Of a stretch of 64,000 nt of DNA, positions 35,129 to 44,255 are shown in pieces. Below the pieces are notes generated by a model. The model saw nothing but the letters and a program-made list of their open reading frames with translations. It did not search any database and was not told the origin of the DNA. The stretch's first letter is position 1; every line of letters begins with the position of its first letter. The DNA is from Ostreococcus lucimarinus (taxonomy: Eukaryota), in assembly GCA_000092065.1 (NCBI GenBank), contig CP000593.1. The stretch is one strand, 5' to 3'. The translations under genes and the position numbers were made by a program.

Positions 35129-37726
35129 CTAGAAATTTGTAGTGTCGGAAACCGCACAGTTTTGTTCGTCGATCCACTTAAACCAACTTCGCCACATCTC
35201 ATTGTTTGACAAAGTTTTGCGATTTCCGAGGACGATCAATCCACGTTTCGCTCGCGTGATTCCCACGTTGAGCCGGCGCGGGTCGGCGACGAAGCCGATG
35301 TCTCCAGACGGGTTGCTTCGCACGGTGCACAAAACGATCACTTCCTTTTCTCTGCCTTGGAATCCATCAACGGAACGTATTTCGAGCTCCTCTATTTTAT
35401 CCTCTTCGGTGTAGTCCAAGTAATTTCGTTTCGGACTTCCTCCTACGCCGTATTCTTCTTGCAACCGTCGAACTTGCGCGGCGTACGGCGAGATGACGCC
35501 GATGTCCCCGGGTCCCGCTAAATCGCCCGCCGCGAGAAGTTTTCTCACCACACCGATGGCCATCTTCGCTTCTCCGACGTTATACAGACTGTTTCCATCG
35601 GGTGCTCGCGATTCAGGGGCGGAGATTTCTACGAAGGCTACTGGAACGTTCGGCGACGGCCAAGCGATACCCGGCACCAACGGACGATCTTGCGGCGTCG
35701 GTACCGATCCTACTTTCCCTTTGTAAAACGCCAGAGACGGAAATTCGGCGATTTGCGGATGCATGCGGTACTGCATGTCTAGCAAAGACACCTTCACCCC
35801 GAGCCTCTCCATGCGCTCAAAGATTGAAACTTGTAAGCCAGCGTCGACGGCGTCACGAGACACCACCGTGGGAGGCAATTGCTTGGAATCACCCACGAGC
35901 ACGGCGCTCAAGGCTTTCGTGAGAGAGATTAACGCTCCTGGTTCGGTGCATTGTGTCGCCTCATCCACGACAGCCACTGGGAACGTGAAGTCCTCCAGTA
36001 ACTCGTCGCCTGCGCCGACGCATGTGGTGCACACGACATCCACAGACTTTAATATGCTCTTCGCAGCCGTCAGTTCCAACTGCGTCGCTTGCTTGCGCTG
36101 GCGAGCAAACGCTGGACCAGATTGTCCTCGGATAGCTTCACGCATGGCCGCCGCTTGACGCCCGAGAGGGTGCAACGCGATTTGAGCATCCAGCGTGAGT
36201 TGCTGAAGCCAAGGTTGCACCTTTGCGGGCGCTCCCACGCGCACGACTCGCAGCGGTCGTCCATCGACGATGAAAGATTCTTTTGCCAGTCCTTCGAGGA
36301 TATTATCCACGGCTACGTTCGACGCAGCGGAAGCGAGAACGATCGGACCCCTTCCTCGCCTCTTTTGGATGGACGCCAGGTGTACGGCAGCACCGATGTA
36401 CGCTATGAGCGTGCGAGTCTTACCCGTACCGGGCGGACCTTGCCAAACCGCGAGCGAAGAGCTTAGCGCGCTTTTCACGGCGACGCGCTGGCTTGGGTTC
36501 AACGGCTCTCGCACTTCCTTCAACGCCATCGCGAGTTGCGGCTTTTGCGCCTTGCCCGCCCAATGCGGCGGCGTCGCCGCCAATTCCTCCAGCGTTCCGT
36601 TTTCATCGGGCACGCCGAGCAAGGCGCGCTGCAAAGTTGCGTACGCCGTGGAAGAACTGTTCTTATCGCTCGCGCGCGTGGACATGGAAGACGCGCCGGA
36701 CATGCCTCCCGGTTCAGAAAATGCGACGAGCGCCGCGAGCGAGCGATCGTGGGCCACCGTGTTCGCGCTCAAATCCACCCTCCATCTCGAGCCTTCGGAC
36801 ACGAGTCGAGAGAGATCATCCTCGTGAATGGCGACGGTGATGAAAAACATCGACCTCAGCGCGACGACGCCCGTGATTCCACCCGCGGCTTCGTGGTCGT
36901 CGCCTTCGCTGAGCTGTACCATGTCTCCAGTCGTGAAGCGATGATACGGCAACTCTTGTCCGAGCGGATTCGCCTCGCTCGCGTCCTTGTAAGGAATCGT
37001 CAAACGCACGAGCGAATCTCGCTGAAGCGTTCCTTCGTACTTCGCGCGCACGCCTAAAATCGCGTATCCCTCCGCGACGAGCCGCTCTCGCGGCCACGTG
37101 TTCAATCGCTCCTCCGCGAGCGCCATCTCTTCCTCGAGCTCGCACTTCAAACCTTTCGCAAACCTCTCCCTGTGCGCGGCGTACCCCAATCGCAGCGCCG
37201 CTCGATTACTCCCTCTCGATCTCGACGACGACGACGCGGACGAAGACGCGTTCCTCGCGTCTCCGTCGAGCAAGTGCGCGTACCGCGCGCCCCCGCTCTC
37301 GCCGCCCGTCGCCCCCAACCGCGCCCACATCTTTTCCCGTTCCTCCGCCGCCTTCCTCGGATCTCTCGCCCCCGCCTTACTGTACCCGATCGTCTTCTCC
37401 GCCCTCTCCGGCGTCGCCGTCAAGTCCCTCACCCTCGTCCGTCGCCGCGCCGGCGCCGCGCGCGTCCCCTCTCCTCCCCTCGTCGTCGCGTCGCCGCGTC
37501 CCGTTCCCTCCACCTTTCGTCGCGCGCGCGCCGCCCGACGTCGCTCGCCCCTCGCGCTCGCGCTCTCCGTCCTCGTCGCCTCCGTCCCGTCGTCGCCATC
37601 GCGCGCGTCGTCGCCCGTCCGTCGTCGTCGTCCCGTCGCCGCGACGCGACCGCCCCGTCCCTTCCCGCGCGCCGTCGTCGTCGCGACGCCGCGACGCGCG
37701 CCATCGCGCGACGCCGCGACGCGCAT
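35129..37726 (-). CDS. SF1 UPF1-like helicase, IGHMBP2/SMUBP-2 (Hcs1)-type
   Basis: The N-terminal domain aligns with IGHMBP2 (EEEMALAEERLNTW...GYAILGV...FTTGDMVQL...GVVALRSMFFITVAIHED). Walker A is GPPGTGKTRT, motif II is VVDEATQ, then GDSKQLPPTV, YRMHPQIAEF, and the C-terminal SVDGFQGREKEVIVLCTVRSN...NVGITRAKRGLIV. The extreme N-terminus (R/G/T-rich) may be shorter than the ORF. Confidence 0.85.
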   Translation of the reverse strand: MRVAASRDGARRGVATTTARGKGRGGRVAATGRRRRTGDDARDGDDGTEATRTESASARGERRRAARARRKVEGTGRGDATTRGGEGTRAAPARRRTRVRDLTATPERAEKTIGYSKAGARDPRKAAEEREKMWARLGATGGESGGARYAHLLDGDARNASSSASSSSRSRGSNRAALRLGYAAHRERFAKGLKCELEEEMALAEERLNTWPRERLVAEGYAILGVRAKYEGTLQRDSLVRLTIPYKDASEANPLGQELPYHRFTTGDMVQLSEGDDHEAAGGITGVVALRSMFFITVAIHEDDLSRLVSEGSRWRVDLSANTVAHDRSLAALVAFSEPGGMSGASSMSTRASDKNSSSTAYATLQRALLGVPDENGTLEELAATPPHWAGKAQKPQLAMALKEVREPLNPSQRVAVKSALSSSLAVWQGPPGTGKTRTLIAYIGAAVHLASIQKRRGRGPIVLASAASNVAVDNILEGLAKESFIVDGRPLRVVRVGAPAKVQPWLQQLTLDAQIALHPLGRQAAAMREAIRGQSGPAFARQRKQATQLELTAAKSILKSVDVVCTTCVGAGDELLEDFTFPVAVVDEATQCTEPGALISLTKALSAVLVGDSKQLPPTVVSRDAVDAGLQVSIFERMERLGVKVSLLDMQYRMHPQIAEFPSLAFYKGKVGSVPTPQDRPLVPGIAWPSPNVPVAFVEISAPESRAPDGNSLYNVGEAKMAIGVVRKLLAAGDLAGPGDIGVISPYAAQVRRLQEEYGVGGSPKRNYLDYTEEDKIEELEIRSVDGFQGREKEVIVLCTVRSNPSGDIGFVADPRRLNVGITRAKRGLIVLGNRKTLSNNEMWRSWFKWIDEQNCAVSDTTNF

Positions 37727-37968
37727 GTCGGCTTGTTCGCTTCGTTCGCGCGTCGCGTCGCGCGCTCGCGCCGACGCGTCTCGCCGCGCGCGTCGACGCG
37801 CCGAGCTGTCGCCGGCGGATTCGAATCGGATTTGAATCCGTGTTGTGAACGAGTCTCGAATGCGTGACGGTCCGTGTGTGAGAACACCGACACGAAACCG
37901 AACCGACGGCGACCCGCGCGACGGCGACGGAGCGCGACGCGCGAGCGACGGCGACGGCGCGACGCGCG

Positions 37969-39066
37969 ATGATGCTGACCGCGACGACGACGACGACGAC
38001 GACGACGGTGCGGTGCGCGCGCGCGAGACGGACGCCGACGACGACGGGCGCGGGACGGGGACGCGCGCGGTTGACCTCGCGCGCGCGCGCGACGGGACGC
38101 GCGACGCGCGCGCTGGGACGCGAAACGACGCGCGAGCGCGCGAGCGGGACGCGGGATGGACGCGACGCGGCGCGGAGAGGCGCGAACGGGCGCGCGAGGG
38201 CGACGAGGGATGGGATGGAGGGCGACGCGCGCGAGGACGACGCGCGCGAGGGTCTCGCGCGCGAGGACGCGCGGGAAAAACGCGGTCGGGCGCTCGGGGC
38301 GTGCGCGATGGTGGCGTGCGCGGTGGCGGTGACGGCGATGGTGATGCCGGAGAGCGCGCTCGCGGCGAAAGCGGCGGCGGTGGCGTCGTCGAGCGAGGGC
38401 TTGTTGGCCAAGGCGTTGTCGTGGGTGATGCACTTGGACAAACACCTCGCCGAGTTGTTCGTGAGTCAGGGGATGTTTGCGTACGGGATCTTGTTCGCGA
38501 TCATCTTCGCCGAGACTGGGTTCGTGGTGACGCCGTTCTTGCCGGGGGACTCTCTGCTGTTCGCCACCGGCGCGCTCGGCGCGCTGGGCGTGGTGAACTT
38601 TCCGTTGACGTGCGCTCTGCTCTTCGCCGCGGCGACGCTCGGGGACACGGTGAACTACTCCATCGGCTCTTACGTCGGTGCGAATTTCATGGAGACGCAT
38701 CCGAAAATCTTTCCTCCTGAATATATCGCGAAAACACGAAAGTTTTACGATCAGTACGGTGGTAAGACGGTGGTCCTCGCGCGCTTCTTCGTAATCGTGC
38801 GCACGTTTGCGCCGTTCGTCGCCGGCGTGGCAAACATGAACTATTCCAAGTTCATCACGTACAACGTTGTGGGTGCCGCGTTATGGATCGCGAGTTTCAT
38901 GGGACTGGGTTACTTTTTCGGCGCCATTCCCGCGGTGCAGGAGAACTTTGCCCTCGCCGTTGCCGGCATCGTCGTTCTCTCGCTCGTGCCCGTCATCGTA
39001 GAAATTATTCAACACGCCACGGGCAGTAAAGGGGACGAGAGCGAGACCGCCCCGGCCGCGACGTAA
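37969..39066 (+). CDS. DedA/TVP38-family (SNARE-associated Golgi protein-like) membrane protein with a long low-complexity N-terminal extension
   Basis: DedA core: FAETGFVVTPFLPGDSLLFATGALGALG...LGDTVNYSIGSYVG...GGKTVVLARFFVIVRTFAPFVAGVANMNYSKF. The real start may be a downstream Met. Confidence 0.8.
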   Translation: MMLTATTTTTTTTVRCARARRTPTTTGAGRGRARLTSRARATGRATRALGRETTRERASGTRDGRDAARRGANGRARATRDGMEGDAREDDAREGLAREDAREKRGRALGACAMVACAVAVTAMVMPESALAAKAAAVASSSEGLLAKALSWVMHLDKHLAELFVSQGMFAYGILFAIIFAETGFVVTPFLPGDSLLFATGALGALGVVNFPLTCALLFAAATLGDTVNYSIGSYVGANFMETHPKIFPPEYIAKTRKFYDQYGGKTVVLARFFVIVRTFAPFVAGVANMNYSKFITYNVVGAALWIASFMGLGYFFGAIPAVQENFALAVAGIVVLSLVPVIVEIIQHATGSKGDESETAPAAT

Positions 39067-39097
39067 ATCTCTTACAACATTCGTTCAATTTCGTGCG

Positions 39098-39877
39098 TTG
39101 CTTTTCAATATCCATTTTTCAATAGTTTTCGCTCGGCGCCGCACAACGCCGCTCTCGACGATGGCGTCTCTCGCGCGCGTAACCCCTCTCCTCCCATCGC
39201 TCTCGCGAGCGCACGCCCGTCGACGCGCGTCGACGATTAGAGCATCCTCGAGCGGCCCGAACGAAGGGCAGAGTGGGTACCTTCCCGGAACGATGGCGTC
39301 GGCGGAAGAGATTCTCATGCAAGTCATCGACCGAAGAGAGTTCAAGCCCACGAGCGAAGAGTGCCCGTTCTGTCGCGAAGCGCGCGTGAAAGAGAACGGG
39401 TCGAAGTGCTTGGGGATCTGTCGAAACCCGCAAAACGTGCCGGGGCCTCTGGTGTACCCGCACGCGATGCAAACGTGGGAAGACGCGGTTGATTGTATAT
39501 TGTGGGCGATGAGAGACATATCGACGCCGCGAACCGACCACGGCGTTCAAGTGATGTGGGAGTACGCCGTGGAGCACGGAAATATGGAACGCTCGCGATT
39601 CTTTGGGTTTTCGAGTGATATGTATCACTTTGACCATTTCATCGGCAAGGCTTTGAACACTTACGACGCCTTCGTGAGGAACACTGGGCACGAAATCACG
39701 CAAGTGTCGACTATGGAAGACGGCCGAACAAGAGTTGATGTTCGAGTGAAGGATAGGGTAGGAGAGGAGACCGAATGGATTTTCATCATGGTGCGTAGGA
39801 CGTTTGGGAAATACGAGGGCTGCATCCAGGCTCATCGGATCGTGCGCGCGGATTTTCCGCACCTCGGCGATATTTAG
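39098..39877 (+). CDS. Hypothetical protein, probably plastid-targeted (likely start MASLARVTPLLP at 39161)
   Basis: Clean ORF with a transit-peptide-like N-terminus and a diverse globular C-terminal part (CPFCREARVKENGSKCLGIC...). No domain recognised. Confidence 0.45.
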   Translation: MLFNIHFSIVFARRRTTPLSTMASLARVTPLLPSLSRAHARRRASTIRASSSGPNEGQSGYLPGTMASAEEILMQVIDRREFKPTSEECPFCREARVKENGSKCLGICRNPQNVPGPLVYPHAMQTWEDAVDCILWAMRDISTPRTDHGVQVMWEYAVEHGNMERSRFFGFSSDMYHFDHFIGKALNTYDAFVRNTGHEITQVSTMEDGRTRVDVRVKDRVGEETEWIFIMVRRTFGKYEGCIQAHRIVRADFPHLGDI

Positions 39878-39898
39878 GCCTTGTCATATCATAATCCT

Positions 39899-40954
39899 CT
39901 AGACATTCTCTACTTCGCGCGGCATCTCGCTCATTTCCTCGCTTCTATCTAAATCTACTTCCCTAAAGGCTCCTGGATCGCGATGCGTCGGCTGGAACGA
40001 TTTGCTTATCGCGGTGAGAAGAGGCGTGCCTTTCGGCGCGTACGTCCAACCGCTCTTCCACGCCAACAAGCACAAAATCCCAAGCGAAAACACCTGCACG
40101 AACTGATAAAACGTCGGCACGCCGCTCGCGACGCCGACGACGTTACACGCCGATCCTGCGCTCGATGCGCACGACGGATCGTCCTCAAATGAGCTTAAAA
40201 TCACCGCCAACGAGATGGCGGTGTTCTGATAGCACACCTCGATGGCCACCGCCAGGGCTTGAGGCATATCCAACCGAGTCAATTTGGCGAATCCCAAACT
40301 AACCACTAATCCAGCGACGCAGGGCACGATGAGGGCGACGTAGAACTTCCATTCGCGATCCCAAATCGGCGCCGAAGAATTTGACGAAAAGAAGAACCCC
40401 AAGAGCACAAGCAAGACGCCGCACACGTTGCCCACAAAGTTGAGAGGCGCGCGCGCTTTCGGCGCTCGCCGACCGACAAACAACCCCAACACGATCCCGC
40501 TAATCACCATCGAGATCGACAGAAACAGTCCCCCCCATTTCATCCGCACATTCGTTCCGTTAGGATACGCTCCCTCGGTGTACATGTACAGATTCAGCGG
40601 TAAAAATCCCACCGATAAAATCGAACTCACCGTCGTCATCGCCACGCTCAGCGACAGGTCCGCGTTGAACAGTGACGTCCACCAATTACTGTACGAACCC
40701 CCAGGCGAGCTCGTGGTGATAATGAGCGGTATTCCCAGCGCCGGTTGATCCCACAGCAGCGTCCGCGCCATCGTAAACCCAAACAGCGGTAAGAAGACGA
40801 ACTGCGAAAACACGCCTATGACCAAACCTCGGCTCCTCAACGACTTTTTAAACGCCTCGAATTCCACCGTCACCGCTAATCCGAGCACCAGCGCGAATAA
40901 CAGCACGTTACCCACGATCGCGGCCCACGACCCGAGCCCACCGCTCACCGCCAT
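39899..40954 (-). CDS. Bile acid:sodium symporter (BASS/SBF, SLC10-like) family transporter
   Basis: Multi-pass hydrophobic protein with the SBF signature PGGSYSNWWTSLFNADLSLSVAMTTVSSILSVGFLP. Confidence 0.8.
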   Translation of the reverse strand: MAVSGGLGSWAAIVGNVLLFALVLGLAVTVEFEAFKKSLRSRGLVIGVFSQFVFLPLFGFTMARTLLWDQPALGIPLIITTSSPGGSYSNWWTSLFNADLSLSVAMTTVSSILSVGFLPLNLYMYTEGAYPNGTNVRMKWGGLFLSISMVISGIVLGLFVGRRAPKARAPLNFVGNVCGVLLVLLGFFFSSNSSAPIWDREWKFYVALIVPCVAGLVVSLGFAKLTRLDMPQALAVAIEVCYQNTAISLAVILSSFEDDPSCASSAGSACNVVGVASGVPTFYQFVQVFSLGILCLLAWKSGWTYAPKGTPLLTAISKSFQPTHRDPGAFREVDLDRSEEMSEMPREVENV

Positions 40955-41293
40955 GACGTCTCGAACGTTCGATCAAACGCGCAGTCAATCGGCCGGAGAC
41001 GACGCTCGCATCTCCGCTCGAGGTCTTCGCCCGCGTCGCGTCGACGCGCGCGCGTTTTCGTCGATCGATCCGCCGTCCGACGAAAGATACAGCGCGCGCG
41101 CGTCGCTCGCGTCGCTCGCGTCGCTCGCGTCGCTCGCGCGCGCGACTGTGACCGGATAAACAGCGCGCGGCGACCGGACGCTTTTGCGGTCGGTCGCCGC
41201 GCGCGGACGTTGGCGCCACGCGAATGTTGATTTTGCGACACCGCGAGGCGGCGACGACGCGGCGTCAGATCGCGCGCGCGACCGACGCCGACG

Positions 41294-42169
41294 ATGGCGC
41301 GCGATCCGCGCGGGTTAGATCTGTTACTGCGCGCCGCGCGCACGGCGACGGAGGCGCGAGCGAGGGATAGGGATGAGACGGTGAAGAAGAGCACGACGGT
41401 TCGATTTCAAACCGCCGACGCGACGGGACGAGTCGAGGCGAAGACGAGACGACAGGGCAAAGCGCGAGCCGATGGGGCGATGCGGGACAGGACGAACGAT
41501 TTTGAACGAGGCGGGACGGCGGGTAAAGGGAAGAGAGGACGCGGGCGAGCGACGATGACGATGAAGGCGAAGGCGAACGCGCCGCCGCCAGACGTCGACG
41601 ACTCGGCCGAGGCGACGACGGTGCGCGAGGAAACGTTAGCGATCGGGGCGGAGACGTTGGCGAGGGAACACGCCGATGTGGTGATTGAACGTGTGCGGCA
41701 GTGGTTAGATGTGATGATGAGCGATGCGCGCGGGCGGTTAACGGCGCTCGAACGGAGCCAAACGAGGACGCATCGCGCGCTGGAAAAATACGACTCAGAG
41801 GAAGCACAGGACGACGTCGGGATCGAGATGCTGGTCGAGTTCGATAAGACATTGGAAATCGAGCGCAGCATCCTGGAGGAGACGATGAAGAATTTGGAGG
41901 CGATGCGCACGAAGGTTGAGTTTGAGAGCGCGAATTTGGCACTTCGGTGGTTACGCCGCTCAAATTGTGGAGGCGATGACGACGGCCAGGCGAGCGAGGA
42001 AGATCAAGCGACGGATGGACGCAAGTATTTTTATTCCTCGAGTGCGTACGCATTTCTTCAAACCGCCATCGGTGCGTTCATGAACGACACCACGCCCGCA
42101 AAGTCGGCAAAGAGCGCCGATGCGCACTCGCCGAGCGGCGTTCTAGACGCCGCGCGACTCTTTACGTGA
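41294..42169 (+). CDS. Hypothetical coiled-coil protein
   Basis: ORF with protein-like charged and hydrophobic heptad regions (LEIERSILEETMKNLEAMRTKVEFESANLALRWL). The antisense ORF 41265..42053 is S/P/R low-complexity and judged an artefact. Confidence 0.35.
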   Translation: MARDPRGLDLLLRAARTATEARARDRDETVKKSTTVRFQTADATGRVEAKTRRQGKARADGAMRDRTNDFERGGTAGKGKRGRGRATMTMKAKANAPPPDVDDSAEATTVREETLAIGAETLAREHADVVIERVRQWLDVMMSDARGRLTALERSQTRTHRALEKYDSEEAQDDVGIEMLVEFDKTLEIERSILEETMKNLEAMRTKVEFESANLALRWLRRSNCGGDDDGQASEEDQATDGRKYFYSSSAYAFLQTAIGAFMNDTTPAKSAKSADAHSPSGVLDAARLFT

Positions 42170-42345
42170 TCCCACTCGCACTAGGCCGCACTAGGCGCTG
42201 AAAAACGTAGTACGAATTGAATGCCGATCTTAGCCGCGCGCGTAGCATTTTTAATCGGTAACCACGCCGTCGACAGATTGACGCCAAACCCTGGCGCGCG
42301 TACGAGTGCGCGCGCGCCTGCGTTCGTCCCCAGAAGCCGCCCGTC

Positions 42346-43446
42346 ATGCCCGTCGGCGTGTGCGTCATCACCGGTTTTCTCGGCAGTGGCAAGACGACGC
42401 TGGTGAATTACATCTTAAAAGCTGATCATGGGTACAGGATAGCCGTCATTCTCAACGATTTCGGCGCCGAACTCGGCGTGGAGAAGATGCTCGTCCAACA
42501 GGATGGCGTCGACGGGGACAACGCCTCGCGCACGCTCGTCGAGGATTGGGTCGAACTTAACAACGGATGCGTGTGTTGCACGGTTAAGGGGAGTTTGGTG
42601 CAAACCATCGAGGGTTTGCTGGAGAAGCGGAAGGAGATGGGGGAAAAGTTTGACTTCATCCTCCTCGAAACCACCGGACTCGCTGACCCGGGGCCAGTGG
42701 CGCGCGAGCTGTGGGTAGACGACGAACTCGTGGAGGAAGACGGGGCAGTTTTAGACTCCATCGTGACTTTAGTCGACGCATCGAACATCGAGAAGCAGAT
42801 CGAGGAGAACAAAGAGGCGACGCTGCAGGTGGCGTATGCGGATACGATTTTGTTAAATAAAGCCGACTTGGTGAAGGCGGAAGACTTAGAGCGCGTGAAA
42901 GCGCGAATAGCAGCGATTAACGCCGAAGCCGAGATAGTGGTGACGACGAGATCGAGCGTGGATTTAGGCATCGTGCTCAATCAAGGCACGGTCGCCGGTG
43001 GAGGTTGCGGTAGGAAGCCGGTTTTAGGCGAATTCGCGTCGGCGCCTCCGAGCGCGGTGGTCGCCTCGGGGGGCGGTTTCTGGGCCAAGGGTGTCGAAAA
43101 GTACGCACCTGCGTCGAGCGTGCACAATTCAGACATCAGAACCGTGTGCATCGCCACGAGTGGGTTCTTGGATGGCGAATCCTTTCAAAACTGGCTCGAA
43201 GACTTGCTGTGGGAACGACGAAACGCCGAGGGCGGCGCGGACATTTTACGCGCCAAAGGTCTCGTTTACACCGCAGGATCGGACAAGCGCCGAGTGTTAC
43301 AAGCGGTTCGCGAAGTGTACGAAATCACGGACGGGCCCGTCGAAGAGAACTCGGACGAAGTGATGAACAAGCTGGTGTTCATCGGACGTAACTTGGACGA
43401 AGACGCCTTGGCAGTCGGCCTGAAATCGTGCGTCGCGCGCGACTGA
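42346..43446 (+). CDS. COG0523/CobW-family G3E GTPase (a CBWD/ZNG1-like metallochaperone)
   Basis: N-terminal P-loop VITGFLGSGKTTLVNYIL, the metal-binding GCVCC motif (NNGCVCCTVKGSLV), ILLETTGLADP, and a CobW C-terminal domain. Confidence 0.85.
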   Translation: MPVGVCVITGFLGSGKTTLVNYILKADHGYRIAVILNDFGAELGVEKMLVQQDGVDGDNASRTLVEDWVELNNGCVCCTVKGSLVQTIEGLLEKRKEMGEKFDFILLETTGLADPGPVARELWVDDELVEEDGAVLDSIVTLVDASNIEKQIEENKEATLQVAYADTILLNKADLVKAEDLERVKARIAAINAEAEIVVTTRSSVDLGIVLNQGTVAGGGCGRKPVLGEFASAPPSAVVASGGGFWAKGVEKYAPASSVHNSDIRTVCIATSGFLDGESFQNWLEDLLWERRNAEGGADILRAKGLVYTAGSDKRRVLQAVREVYEITDGPVEENSDEVMNKLVFIGRNLDEDALAVGLKSCVARD

Positions 43447-43503
43447 CTGTGTTTCATAGAATTCTTTCCATGTATGTAATGTACAAATTGTGTTGCTATC
43501 GCG

Positions 43504-44220
43504 CTAACGTTCGGCCTCGATCTGCGCCAGCGCGCTCACGAGCTTGGGCGCGAGCTCCTCGACGCCGCGTTTCTCGCCATCCTTGGCGCCGACGTTTGCG
43601 CCGTGCTTCGCCAGTCGAATCGCCGCTTCGTCTTGCCCCGCTTCGCACGCCACTAAAAGCGGCGTCTGTCCGCGCTTATCTCTCGCCTCGAGCGCCATTT
43701 TCGGCACCTCTGTCGTCCCGTTCGCGAGCGCGTCCACCAAGAAATCGATCGCCCGCAGCTCCCCTCGCGCCGCCGCCCGATGCAACGGCGTCGCCCCGAC
43801 GTCGTCCTCCATCGTCAACCACCCCCTCCCTCCGCTCACCAGCGTCTCCAGCGTCCCCACGCGTCCCTTGCTCGCCGCGTAGTGCCCCGGCGTCTGCCCC
43901 CCCGGCGTCCGCGCCTCGCAATCCGCCCCTCGCGCGAGCAGCGTCCCGCACGTCTCCCGCTCCCCCAGCGCCGCGCTCGTGTGCAGCGGCGTCCACCCAC
44001 CGTCGTCCGCCGTCGTCACCACCCTCGCCATCGCCTCGCCCTTCATCCGTTCGCGCGCCAGTCGCGTCACGTCGCGTCCGCGCGCGCCCGCGGCGCACGC
44101 GCGATGAAAGCTCGTGCGTCCGTCGTCGTCGCGACGCGTCATCGCGCGCTCGAGCGCGTCGTCGTCGAGCGCGGAGAACCACGCGGCGTCGCCCGCGCTC
44201 GCGCGCTCGAGCGCGTCCAT
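43504..44220 (-). CDS. Ankyrin-repeat protein, gankyrin/PSMD10 (Nas6)-like proteasome assembly chaperone
   Basis: About 230 aa with 6-7 ANK repeats. They align with gankyrin (DDGGWTPLHTSAALGERETCGTLLARGADCEARTPGGQTPGHYAASKGR...GATPLHRAAARGELRAIDFL...GQTPLLVACEAGQDEAAIRLAKHGANV). Confidence 0.7.
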   Translation of the reverse strand: MDALERASAGDAAWFSALDDDALERAMTRRDDDGRTSFHRACAAGARGRDVTRLARERMKGEAMARVVTTADDGGWTPLHTSAALGERETCGTLLARGADCEARTPGGQTPGHYAASKGRVGTLETLVSGGRGWLTMEDDVGATPLHRAAARGELRAIDFLVDALANGTTEVPKMALEARDKRGQTPLLVACEAGQDEAAIRLAKHGANVGAKDGEKRGVEELAPKLVSALAQIEAER

Positions 44221-44255
44221 CGGCGCCGCCGTGTGCCGGTCGCGGGCCGGGGTGA
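44221..44255. promoter_or_regulatory. 35-bp divergent intergenic region between the gankyrin-like and GWD start codons
   Basis: Follows from the two first-ATG positions. The GWD start may be a downstream Met, which would widen the gap. Confidence 0.35.

Noticed and set aside
37098-38720. Cluster of long R/A/G-rich ORFs on both strands (37098..37835 +, 37172..37867 +, 37377..38441 -, 37429..38700 -, 37845..38720 +) around the helicase start and DedA start
   Set aside because: Extreme low complexity (poly-R, RRRRR, GGGG), mutually overlapping, and with no domain signal. I interpret them as GC-composition artefacts over the 5' UTR/promoter and the low-complexity presequence of DedA.
41265-42053. 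262-codon minus ORF antisense to the 41294..42169 gene
   Set aside because: S/P/R-rich low complexity. The plus-strand product has heptad coiled-coil character and diverse composition, so the plus ORF was preferred, though with low confidence.
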